Shown: positions 19,036 to 27,766 of the stretch, piece by piece
Position numbering within the stretch: position 1 is the first letter of the stretch
Layout: each line of letters starts with the position of its first letter
DNA from: Taibaiella sp.
GTDB lineage: Bacteria > Bacteroidota > Bacteroidia > Chitinophagales > Chitinophagaceae
Reading direction: 5' to 3'
NCBI GenBank assembly: GCA_019638495.1
Contig: JAHBTQ010000007.1
Location: 50,757 to 114,756, forward strand
DNA: 64,000 bases
Notes under the pieces: model-generated
What the model saw: the letters and a program-made list of their open reading frames with translations, nothing else
Told to the model about the DNA's origin: nothing
Database searches by the model: none
Translations under genes and position numbers: made by a program

Positions 19036-19623
19036 TTAGCTCAAAATAGTTTCGTTTGTAATTTCTATTGTATCAAAGCTTAAAAACTTTGCATTTCTCC
19101 TCTTCAATGATTTACTAAATGACTCTACTACATCAAGAAGAACTAAACGATAGTTAAAGCGTTGACAGATATCAAAAACCTGCTTAACTAGTAACTTTCC
19201 AAGACCCCTATATTTAAGTGCTATTGGTATCAGGATATTAGTCAGGAAAACTATCTTTTCATTGCGATTAGGTAGCAATCGAATGAGTGATTTTGCATCA
19301 ACTTCATTTGCTACACAGTAAATAAATGGGACATCCACGGACCACTTATCTATAAAGTCACTCACCACTTTTTCAAGATGTTTATGGATAAAATACTCTT
19401 CTGGTATTGGTTCACATACATAGAGCATCTGCTCTTTGAGATCAAAGACATAGTGATGGCCATTGTCGAAGATAAAGTTTTGACTTTCGTGTCCATTATC
19501 GAGAATGTCTTTTACATAAAATCCTTGCTCTCGTTGCCCCATTTCCTCATCATCTGCCATTGTAAACAGAACGTTGTTTGCATTATCTGCAACATCCGCA
19601 TTGAATTGTTCTACGTTAGTCAT
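19036..19623 (-). CDS. Uncharacterised protein with a C-terminal GNAT-like motif, inside the hsd operon
   Basis: FLTNILIPIALKYRGLGKLLVKQVFDIC resembles GNAT motif A; 3 nt after the hsdS stop and 5 nt before the hsdR start. Confidence 0.65.
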   Translation of the reverse strand: MTNVEQFNADVADNANNVLFTMADDEEMGQREQGFYVKDILDNGHESQNFIFDNGHHYVFDLKEQMLYVCEPIPEEYFIHKHLEKVVSDFIDKWSVDVPFIYCVANEVDAKSLIRLLPNRNEKIVFLTNILIPIALKYRGLGKLLVKQVFDICQRFNYRLVLLDVVESFSKSLKRRNAKFLSFDTIEITNETILS

Positions 19624-19626
19624 GGT

Positions 19627-20766
19627 TTATGCATTTATTGCCCTTTGCACCAGAGCAGGACAGAGCATTTTCATTTTTTCACTAGCCTCATTTGCTATTT
19701 TCTTAGCCTCTTCAGCACAGTTGTGTATGTTTACTATCGCTTGTTGCACTTCTGGCGGAGGAAGTGGAATACGCACTCTACATAATTCGACCCAGTCAAA
19801 AGTCTCTCTGGCACTACCCCAGGAATTGAAACGTGAGTAGCGATCGAATTCCTCTCGACTCAATATTACGTAGAGGTACTCTGGTATTAATTTCTTTACA
19901 TCGATTGAACGAAATGTTGTGTAAATTGAAGAGATTAAGACTGGGTTATTTGTTGTATTTAATGCCAAAGCAATTTTGTCACCCCTTCGAGATGTGTCCG
20001 ATACATATGAAAACTCACCCGGATGAACAACTTTATATGCAGTCAAAGAGACGCCGTCTAAATTTGCTTTCGTTTGAATGAACTTTTTTTCTGTACTGAT
20101 TCCTTGAATATCATCAAGCGTATATTTTTCATCGATATTCCTCTCATCGCGAGGTTCTATATATTCGACTAATTCAACTTCAGGGTACTTCTTTTTGCAA
20201 TCCACGATATAGGCCTGACAAGCTTCAGTGAGTGGCTGGATTAAGGCTTCATTCTGCTCTGCTAATGCCTTTAGTCCATTGTATGTATCAACCAACTCTT
20301 GTTGAGTATCAATATCGGGAAGTGGAATTTGAATGCGACAAAACTCACTCCAATCAAATGTTTCTCTTGCACTTCCCCACGAATTGAAACGTGAGAAGCG
20401 ATCAAATTCCTCCCGACTCAATAATAAGTACAGGTACTCAGGTAATAATATCTTTTTGTCAATTGAGCGAAATGTCGTGTAAATTGAAGAGATTAGAACA
20501 GGTTTCTTAGTTGTATTTAACGCTAAGGCAATTTTGTCGCCACGTCTGGACGTGTCAGCTACATATGCAAACTCGAAGCTATTAACTACCTTATATGCGC
20601 TCAAAGGAACTCCGTCCAAATTTGCTTTCGTTGCAATAAATTTTTTCTCAGTACTTATACCACTAACATCTTCAAGCTTATATTGCCCATTACTATTCCT
20701 TTCATCACAAAGCTCAATATAATCACCTAATGGAACTAAGTTACATTGTTCTTTTTTAGCACTCAT
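19627..20766 (-). CDS. hsdS: Type I RM specificity subunit with two near-identical TRDs
   Basis: TRD-IPLP.I..Q-spacer-TRD-IPLPP.E.Q architecture; overlaps the hsdM stop. Confidence 0.93.
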   Translation of the reverse strand: MSAKKEQCNLVPLGDYIELCDERNSNGQYKLEDVSGISTEKKFIATKANLDGVPLSAYKVVNSFEFAYVADTSRRGDKIALALNTTKKPVLISSIYTTFRSIDKKILLPEYLYLLLSREEFDRFSRFNSWGSARETFDWSEFCRIQIPLPDIDTQQELVDTYNGLKALAEQNEALIQPLTEACQAYIVDCKKKYPEVELVEYIEPRDERNIDEKYTLDDIQGISTEKKFIQTKANLDGVSLTAYKVVHPGEFSYVSDTSRRGDKIALALNTTNNPVLISSIYTTFRSIDVKKLIPEYLYVILSREEFDRYSRFNSWGSARETFDWVELCRVRIPLPPPEVQQAIVNIHNCAEEAKKIANEASEKMKMLCPALVQRAINA

Positions 20767-22345
20767 AACCAAGTTGTTTTAGGGCGTTGCGCAATGTTTT
20801 GTCATTTTGTTGTTGACGTTTCAATAAATCTGCAACAGTTGTTGCCGTTTCGGTCAATACTTGGTGATAATCAATGGCAGTATCACGGTCCACAAACTCA
20901 ATATATCGGCTTGGCACAAGTGAGAAATTATTTTTTTCCAACTCCTCGAAGCCAACCGAACGATATACCTCGGGCTCAGCATAATTATTTCCATCTGTTC
21001 CCTCACACTGCCATTTGAAGTATATTTCAGCTGCTCGCTTTATCTGCTCGGCTTTCAACTCTATTTTCTTTTTCTGTTCGTTTTTCACTGGGTTTTCAGT
21101 CCACTGGCGTAGATCCATAAACAAGATCTCTTTTTCTCTGTTACGCAATTTGCGCCCATGCCACATGCCGCCCTTTTTATTCTCGTTCAATATCCAAAGA
21201 GTTACAGATATATCTGTAGTGTAGAATAGTTCGCGGGGTGCAACTATGATGGCCTCAACCTTATCTTTTTCAATTAACTTTTTGCGAATTGCCACCGCAT
21301 CGGTATCACCTAATGCGCCGTTGGCAAGTAGGAATCCCGCCACACCTTTGCCAGCTTTTAACTTCGAAAGCATATGCAATATCCATGCATAGTTTGCATT
21401 GCCCTCTGGTGGTACTGTGTAGTCTGCCCAACGAGAATCTTTGCTTAGAGTAACATCATACCACTTCTTTTTATTAAATGGCGGATTCGCCATAATATAA
21501 TCGAAGGTCAATCCTCTGTGCAGGTCATTAGAAAATGTATCAGCATGCTTTTCTCCCAAATGATGAGAGATACCACGCATTGCAAGATTCATCTTAGCAA
21601 GTCGATATGTCGCAGGGTCACTCTCTTGTCCATAAACATTCACCATTTTGATATCACCTTGTTTTTCTTCCACATACTTGGCACACTGTATAAACATACC
21701 ACCCGAGCCACAACAAGGGTCATAAAGCGTTCCATCAAATGGCTCAACAAAGGCAGCAATCAGCTCAACAACATCGTGTGGCGTATAAAACTCCCCCTCT
21801 TCCTTGGTGGCATTTACAGCAAAAGACTTAAGGAAATACTCATACACACGCCCTATTAAATCTTTCTCCTCACCAAACGTTTTGTGCGAGATTTTATTGA
21901 CCTCGTCAACAACTTTTTTAATTACGTTATCTTCGAGTTTAATTGAAGTGAACAAACCTAAACGAACACACCCTTTCAGTGCATCGCTACTATTTTCAAG
22001 CTCTTGAATAGCATCGTCAAGAGCAGCATTCAACTTAGTAGCAGGCTGGTCTATAATCATCGTCCAACGCGCTTTTTCCGGCACAAATGCAATCCCTTTG
22101 TAACGACTAGGGCTATTTAGAAACGAACTTATTACCGCCTCATCTGTAATTCCATTATTAAGACACTCTTGCCTCATTTCATTCTGCGTGTTCTCAAACT
22201 TCTCACCAATAAATCGCAAAAAAACCAGCGTCAACAGCAAGTCTCTTTTGTCGTTCAGTGATGCATTACTTCGTAAGTACTCCCTGCAATTAAAGAGGAT
22301 AGATTCCAGGTTAAGTGTGTCATTTGTTTTTTGCTTCTTGGCCAT
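20756..22345 (-). CDS. hsdM: Type I RM N6-adenine methyltransferase subunit
   Basis: GEFYTPHDVV, YDPCCGSGGMF (motif I), ANPPFN (motif IV), AGFLLANGAL. Confidence 0.97.
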   Translation of the reverse strand: MAKKQKTNDTLNLESILFNCREYLRSNASLNDKRDLLLTLVFLRFIGEKFENTQNEMRQECLNNGITDEAVISSFLNSPSRYKGIAFVPEKARWTMIIDQPATKLNAALDDAIQELENSSDALKGCVRLGLFTSIKLEDNVIKKVVDEVNKISHKTFGEEKDLIGRVYEYFLKSFAVNATKEEGEFYTPHDVVELIAAFVEPFDGTLYDPCCGSGGMFIQCAKYVEEKQGDIKMVNVYGQESDPATYRLAKMNLAMRGISHHLGEKHADTFSNDLHRGLTFDYIMANPPFNKKKWYDVTLSKDSRWADYTVPPEGNANYAWILHMLSKLKAGKGVAGFLLANGALGDTDAVAIRKKLIEKDKVEAIIVAPRELFYTTDISVTLWILNENKKGGMWHGRKLRNREKEILFMDLRQWTENPVKNEQKKKIELKAEQIKRAAEIYFKWQCEGTDGNNYAEPEVYRSVGFEELEKNNFSLVPSRYIEFVDRDTAIDYHQVLTETATTVADLLKRQQQNDKTLRNALKQLGYEC

Positions 22346-22497
22346 ATTTATTTAAATTCTTCTAATTAGTTCTTTGAAGTAAAAGATTGGGAATAAATCC
22401 CTCCCTGTTTGTTAGTCGTAAAATAATTTTGAATTTCGAATGTAGCGAGAAATTCAGGATTAACGGTTTACTCAATTGACTGTAGAATGTGCCATGG

Positions 22498-22953
22498 TCA
22501 AAAGGTAGCAGCAATCCGGTCTACACCCACACGTTTTGCATGTAGTTCAACTGTCAATTCGAATAATAAGTCTACTTTTGTACTGTCAGGAACAGGCTTA
22601 CGAGTCGCGTGGAATGACTGGTACTGGCCCACGGGCCGGAACACCCTAAGCAGCCTTTGGGCTGCTTTTTCTTTACCAAAAATAGATAGTGCCTCAGTTT
22701 GAAATTATTTGCTACGCTCCCTGACCATCGCGTCAAATTCATCAGAATACCAAGCCCATACGCCTAACTTGTCTGCTTCGCTAAGTAACGGTGCCTGAAC
22801 AGCCAGCATCTTGTCCATAATCTTGTTTTTCATGTTGGTGTATTTATCGGCGTCATTGACGGTAATTTTTACCCCGTCTGGGAGCCACGGCAAACCCATT
22901 ACCCAAATTTTATGCACATCTTTTTTGTACTGCTGAATAGCTTTGTCTTTCAT
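22498..22953 (-). pseudogene. 82-aa ORF (22705-22953) whose frame stays open for 68 more codons after the TAA; possible nonsense-disrupted gene
   Basis: TAA at 22705-22707 is followed in frame by FQTEALSIFGKEK...VDRIAATF and TGA at 22498-22500. A TATCTTTA promoter-like box lies upstream. Confidence 0.35.
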
Positions 22954-23157
22954 CGTGTTGTGTTTCTATAAAGATAACAAAAAAGCAGCTATTTGACTTT
23001 CAGTTGACCGTAGAATCTGTCTACGTCAAAAAGGTAGCCGGAATCCGTCCCGCGAAAGACTCGTGCCGCTCGCATCTCACCCCAAAAATGTTGATATCTT
23101 TCCCGCCCATTTTTTCCGCAATCCAAACACCCATCTTAGCTTTGTGCCGTGGTAGAT

Positions 23158-23189
23158 AGTGTGCCACACCTCCATAGGCGTGGCACACT
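23158..23189. repeat. AGTGTGCCACACCT palindrome family (second copy at 31945-31977)
   Basis: AGTGTGCCACACCT-ccat-AGGCGTGGCACACT; the 31945 copy has a perfect 16-bp stem. Confidence 0.75.
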
Positions 23190-23347
23190 TGTGCGTTGTC
23201 CATTCTGCCTGCTACAGGTAAGCGCGATTTCGAAATCAAATCCTAACATCCTTAAACCTGCCCGCCGCGGAGGGTCTTAGGTACCCTAGTTCAGACAGGC
23301 CAGACGTGTTCGCCGTGGCGAAAGTGAACCGGACCTGTCCGCCGTGG

Positions 23348-23490
23348 CGGAAGCAAAACGAAAGCAAATCGGAAGTAAACCGGAAGCAAACCGGAAGTAG
23401 TCGGAAGTAGTCGGAAATTGGTTTGTATTGATAATCAACCATTTAACGAAAATCACTTCCGACTGCAACCATGAACCGGAAACCGGAAGT
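23348..23490. repeat. CGGAAG-rich hairpin element (copy A of 3)
   Basis: Tandem CGGAAG motifs, TTGATAATCAA core at 23428-23438 and ACTTCCGA arm; homologous to 62060-62187 and 62309-62440. Confidence 0.75.
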
Positions 23491-23905
23491 GGATTGGGTA
23501 GCCACCTACGGGGCATGTCCATATTACGTGCCCGCAATCTACCAACAGGTAGCCACCTGAAGGGGCAACGAGCAACACCTGGATTCACGACTACTTTTTG
23601 TAACCTTTTTGGAAACTTTTTGTGAACTTTCTAAATCATAACCCAATGTAAACCAAAAGCAACCTGAGCAAAAGTGCAAAACGAAAAAATCTTTCCACCC
23701 ATACCTGCGATAGCCAATTATTTAGAACAGCGCTCGTCTTTCTACTTTCTACTAACGACTATATACTAAAAATACACCATGTCACATTTTTGGCACAAGA
23801 ATGGCACATTCTACACCCCTAAAGCCTTGGTAACCAATGAACCCCAATTTTTCGAAAAAAAAAACACCATGAAAACAACGCGATCCGATCCCAATTCCGA
23901 ATCCC

Positions 23906-23925
23906 GTCCCGATAGCTATCGGGAC
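23906..23925. repeat. Perfect palindrome GTCCCGATAGCTATCGGGAC (family also at 13207-13224 and 10404-10415)
   Basis: Read directly; at 13207 and 23906 it is embedded in AATTCC-type simple repeats. Confidence 0.8.
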
Positions 23926-23983
23926 GAATTCCCAGGAAACAGCAATCCTAATTCCGAATTACTAATTCCGAATTCCAGAAAAA

Positions 23984-24685
23984 TTATCCCTCCAGGTGTA
24001 TCGATATCACGATCATCCGGGTGCTGAGGCGGTCGATGGCGTTGGTGAGGGGGATGCCGGGGTCGCGGAAGAGCTGGTTGCCGAGGCCCTGGCTTATCTT
24101 GATCTCGGGCGAGAAGATGAAGTTGGGGTTGAAGAACTCGAAGCCGAGGCCAAACTCGGGGCCGAAGTCGACAGGGGCAATCTTGATGAACTCATCCGGT
24201 CGTTTGGAGCGGGCATTGGCTGCCAGGTCATAGTCGAACTTGCCACCGAGCAGGGCATAAAAGCGGAAGTTTTTGATACGGTCGCTCTTAAACTTGAACT
24301 GGAAGGGCAGGTGCATGTATATGCTCTCTATGCTGCGGGTAGATACGCTGTCGGTAGGTATGCCATACTCGAAAGTGAGCTTCTTTTCGCAGAAAGCGAG
24401 GCTGGGCACAAAGCGGAAGTCGACAAAGCGGCTCAGCTTCAGGTTGCCCATCAGGCCCAGGTTAAAGCCCGGCTGCCACAGGGGTTGTATGCGTTTAAAG
24501 GTATCGGTCTGGGCAAAGGACTCAGAATAGTTGATCTTATGCACAGAAAAGTTGAGCCCGAAGGTGATGCCGAAGTAATAGAGCTTGTCATCATGATCGG
24601 CCATATTGAGCAGGGGCCGCTGCGCGAACGAACGCGTGGAGATAAATAATAATAAGAAGAGTGCTAGTATCCTGCCTGGCTTCAT
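23984..24685 (-). CDS. porT: Type IX secretion outer-membrane protein PorT/SprT
   Basis: NMADHDDKLYYFGITFGLN, RFVPSLAF, KFKSDRIKNFRFY, FSPEIKISQGLGN. Confidence 0.9.
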   Translation of the reverse strand: MKPGRILALFLLLFISTRSFAQRPLLNMADHDDKLYYFGITFGLNFSVHKINYSESFAQTDTFKRIQPLWQPGFNLGLMGNLKLSRFVDFRFVPSLAFCEKKLTFEYGIPTDSVSTRSIESIYMHLPFQFKFKSDRIKNFRFYALLGGKFDYDLAANARSKRPDEFIKIAPVDFGPEFGLGFEFFNPNFIFSPEIKISQGLGNQLFRDPGIPLTNAIDRLSTRMIVISIHLEG

Positions 24686-24818
24686 TTTGCTGATGGTAGT
24701 TGCCCCGTGTCTTAACGCTGAGGGCGAAGATACAGTATGTATTGGTATGTAGATTGTGGAATTAATAATGTCGTAACGCTGGGACGTAAAAAAATGGACA
24801 ACAAATGCTAATAATGCT

Positions 24819-24826
24819 TAAATTTG
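24819..24826 (+). promoter_or_regulatory. -7 promoter box TAAATTTG with no ORF downstream
   Basis: Consensus match upstream of a hairpin and terminator unit. Confidence 0.55.
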
Positions 24827-24830
24827 TGGG

Positions 24831-24926
24831 AGCAAATAACGGAGGAAGAAATGTCCTTGTAAAGATATTTTCCTGGCACCGTGAGAACTGAACAGAGGCT
24901 ACCTATAGGGCTGCCTCTTTTTTTTT
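24831..24926 (+). ncRNA. Candidate small RNA (~95 nt)
   Basis: Promoter box, interrupted 15-bp hairpin (24839-24882), and terminator AGAGGC..GCCTCT followed by T9. The 5' end is estimated. Confidence 0.5.
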
Positions 24927-24928
24927 GA

Positions 24929-25125
24929 CCTCACCCCGGCCCTCTCCGAGGGAGAGGGAGGTGAACTGTGGGGACCTCACCCCGAGCCCTCTCCGAGGGA
25001 GAGGGAGGTGAACTTCGGGTGCGTAGTATGGGGAGAGAGTGCGCACGAGTAACGTCAGCGCTCATTCGACCCTGCCTACCGGCAGGCAGGCTCACCCTCT
25101 CCAAACGAGGGGGCCGGGGAGAGGT
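24929..25125. repeat. REP cluster (2x CCTCACCCC..CCCTCTCCGAGGGAGAGGGAGG, CCTGCCTACCGGCAGGCAGG, partial copy)
   Basis: Near-identical ~35-bp direct copies at 24929 and 24976. Confidence 0.8.
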
Positions 25126-25239
25126 TCCCCAACGTTTCCGGCGGGGCCGCCGTCATATATAAGCGTAAAAATTACGGTAGCTACACTATCTTTATACAGA
25201 CATTTGATATTTTAGCGTTTCGAAATAAAAATCCGGACA

Positions 25240-25752
25240 ATGCAAATTCGCAACATACTCCTTACTGGGCTTATTCTGATGGCGATATTCTCGCTGGTTT
25301 CCTATACTGCCTGTAAGAACGACCCCTGCCAGAACGTCATCTGCCTGAACCTGGGAGCGTGCGAGAATGGTACCTGCGTTTGTCCTACGGGTTTTGAGGG
25401 TCCACGCTGCGAGGTTTATAGCCGCGACAAGTTCATCAAAACCTTTAATGGCCGCGATACCTGCGACTATACCACGCGCGATACTACTGTCTACAAGTCT
25501 TACCCCGTATACTTCCGCGCCATTCTCGACGATCCGCGCTCTATGAGGATGTGGAACATACTGAACGATATGCGCGACAGTGCCACCTGCACCATGCTGG
25601 GCACAGACTCATTCTCGTTCCAGGGTAGTAACAATGCAGTTAGCTTTATAGGCAAGGGCCGCATGAGCCACGACTCGCTGTTCCTGGACTACCATGTAGA
25701 GCAGGACACCAGCGGGTATGACTGCCGCTACTTCGGGCAGGGACTGCGCTAA
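25240..25752 (+). CDS. Lipoprotein with an EGF-like domain
   Basis: Lipobox YTAC; C-x4-C-x5-C-x4-C-x-C-x8-C pattern (PCQNVICLNLGACENGTCVCPTGFEGPRC). Confidence 0.85.
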   Translation: MQIRNILLTGLILMAIFSLVSYTACKNDPCQNVICLNLGACENGTCVCPTGFEGPRCEVYSRDKFIKTFNGRDTCDYTTRDTTVYKSYPVYFRAILDDPRSMRMWNILNDMRDSATCTMLGTDSFSFQGSNNAVSFIGKGRMSHDSLFLDYHVEQDTSGYDCRYFGQGLR

Positions 25753-25834
25753 CGGGTTCCATCATTATTAGTTATCAACGTATTGGGTGCGCTATGCGCA
25801 ACAGTTGTACTTTTGTGTCAAATTTCAGAGTCTT

Positions 25835-26251
25835 ATGTATCCAGAACAGATAGTAGCGCCGATGAAGGCAGAGCTTACCAGCCAGGGATTTACCGAATTG
25901 CTTTCTCCTGAGGATGTAGATGCCAACCTGGGCAAGCAGGGCACTACGCTCCTGATGATAAATAGTGTGTGTGGCTGCTCGGCCGGCACAGCGCGCCCCG
26001 GTGTGCTGATGGCGGTAAAGAACGCTACAAAGGCGCCGGACCGCCTTGCTACCAGCTTTGCAGGTTTTGACACCGCGGCTGTGAAGCATGCGCGCGAGCA
26101 CTTCCTGCTGCCTTACCCTCCGTCATCGCCATCTATAGCGCTGATAAAGGATGGTAAAGTGGTGCATATGATAGAGCGCCACAACATTGAGGGCCGCTCG
26201 GCACAGATGATAGCTGCCAACCTGATGCAGGCGTTTGAGACGCATTGCTAA
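25835..26251 (+). CDS. BrxA/BrxB family bacilliredoxin
   Basis: MYPEQIVAPM, INSVCGCSAGTARP (CGC motif), PPSSPSIALIKDG, IEGR. Confidence 0.9.
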   Translation: MYPEQIVAPMKAELTSQGFTELLSPEDVDANLGKQGTTLLMINSVCGCSAGTARPGVLMAVKNATKAPDRLATSFAGFDTAAVKHAREHFLLPYPPSSPSIALIKDGKVVHMIERHNIEGRSAQMIAANLMQAFETHC

Positions 26252-26274
26252 CTGATAGTTTATAATTTATGATA

Positions 26275-26301
26275 AAGGCGGGATTATTTCCCGCCTTTTG
26301 T
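26275..26301 (+). terminator. Intrinsic terminator
   Basis: AAAGGCGGGA-ttatt-TCCCGCCTTT followed by T-rich sequence. Confidence 0.8.
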
Positions 26302-26356
26302 TTTGCGTACATCTTACGGGGCCTTAACTTCGCACCGCAAAAAAATACAACATACG

Positions 26357-27640
26357 ATGACACCACAGAAGATAACCATGGGCGCCAACGGCCGCCTCAA
26401 CGTTCCTGACAATCCAATCATTCCATTTATAGAGGGAGACGGCATTGGTCCGGATGTGTGGGGTGCCAGTAAGCGGGTGCTTGATGCTGCTGTGGCTCAT
26501 GCGTATGGTGGTAAGCGCAAGATAGAGTGGATGGAGATACTGGCGGGGGAAAAAGCCTTTAACCAGACAGGGGAGTGGCTGCCGGCAGCAACGCTGGAGG
26601 CTGCGCGCGAATACCTGGTGTCTATCAAGGGGCCATTGACCACGCCGGTAGGTGGTGGCATCCGCTCGCTCAATGTGGCTATGCGCCAGGAGCTGGACCT
26701 GTATGTGTGCCTGCGCCCGGTGAAGTGGTATAAAGGTGTGCCATCGCCTGTTGTGCACCCTGAAAATGTGAACATGACCATCTTCCGCGAGAATACGGAG
26801 GATATATATGCGGGTATCGAATTTGCTCAGGGAACACCTGAGGTAAAGAAACTCCTCGACTTCCTGACAAATGAGATGAACGCAGGCAAGAAGATCCGCT
26901 TCCCGGAGACTTCTGCATTGGGTATCAAGCCAGTATCTAAGGAAGGGTCTGAGCGCCTGGTGCGCGCAGCGATAAAGTATGCGCTGGATAACAAAATGCC
27001 ATCGGTAACACTGGTACACAAGGGCAACATCATGAAGTTCACAGAAGGGGGCTTTAAGAACTGGGGCTACGAGCTTGCTGAGCGCGAGTTTGGCGACCGC
27101 GTGTATACATGGGGCCAGTGGGAAAACGCTAAGAAAACACAGGGCGAAGATGCCGCAAATGCGCGCCTGAAGAGCGAAGAAGCACTGGGCAAGCTGATAG
27201 TAAAGGATGTAATTGCGGATAACTTCCTGCAGCAGATACTCCTGGCTCCGCAAGACTATAGTGTGGTGGCTACCCTGAACCTGAACGGTGACTATATCTC
27301 TGACGCGGCTGCGGCTGCGGTTGGTGGTATTGGTATTTCTCCGGGGGCTAACATCAACTACCTTACCGGTCATGCGGTGTTTGAGGCTACACACGGCACA
27401 GCGCCACGCTTTGCTAATACCAATACCATGAACCCATCGTCACTGCTGCTGAGCGGTGTAATGATGCTGGAGTACATGGGCTGGAACGAGGCTGCAGCGC
27501 TGATAGAAGAGTCGCTGGCTACAACCATCAAACGCAAGCGGGTAACGATAGACTTCTACAACCTGATGCACGATGCTACCTTGCTGAAAACGAGCGAGTT
27601 TGCGGATGATATTATCAGGAATGGCGGTATGATGTCTTAA
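26357..27640 (+). CDS. icd: NADP-dependent isocitrate dehydrogenase
   Basis: [66 protein letters not shown]. Confidence 0.97.
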   Translation: MTPQKITMGANGRLNVPDNPIIPFIEGDGIGPDVWGASKRVLDAAVAHAYGGKRKIEWMEILAGEKAFNQTGEWLPAATLEAAREYLVSIKGPLTTPVGGGIRSLNVAMRQELDLYVCLRPVKWYKGVPSPVVHPENVNMTIFRENTEDIYAGIEFAQGTPEVKKLLDFLTNEMNAGKKIRFPETSALGIKPVSKEGSERLVRAAIKYALDNKMPSVTLVHKGNIMKFTEGGFKNWGYELAEREFGDRVYTWGQWENAKKTQGEDAANARLKSEEALGKLIVKDVIADNFLQQILLAPQDYSVVATLNLNGDYISDAAAAAVGGIGISPGANINYLTGHAVFEATHGTAPRFANTNTMNPSSLLLSGVMMLEYMGWNEAAALIEESLATTIKRKRVTIDFYNLMHDATLLKTSEFADDIIRNGGMMS

Positions 27641-27766
27641 TTAGGACTTCGTTACATTTTGATTTGTAAACCGGAAGGATATTTCTTACGGAATTGTGAC
27701 ATAACATTACCTACTAGGAGTGTTTAACACTATATTTGCAACTTAACAAGATGCAAATATAACTGC

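Noticed and set aside
23348-23490. Possible CRISPR or iteron array in the CGGAAG region
   Set aside because: Units are 7-10 bp and irregular, with no unique spacers and no adjacent Rep or Cas gene.
23021-24027. Short ORFs at 23021-23239, 23236-23442, 23286-23588, 23428-23625 and 23779-24027
   Set aside because: They run through REP palindromes and simple repeats, with no protein-like motifs.
23996-24649. 217-aa ORF antisense to porT
   Set aside because: Codon-mirror of porT; no independent signals.
26324-27394. 356-aa ORF antisense to icd
   Set aside because: Shadow ORF of a conserved enzyme gene.
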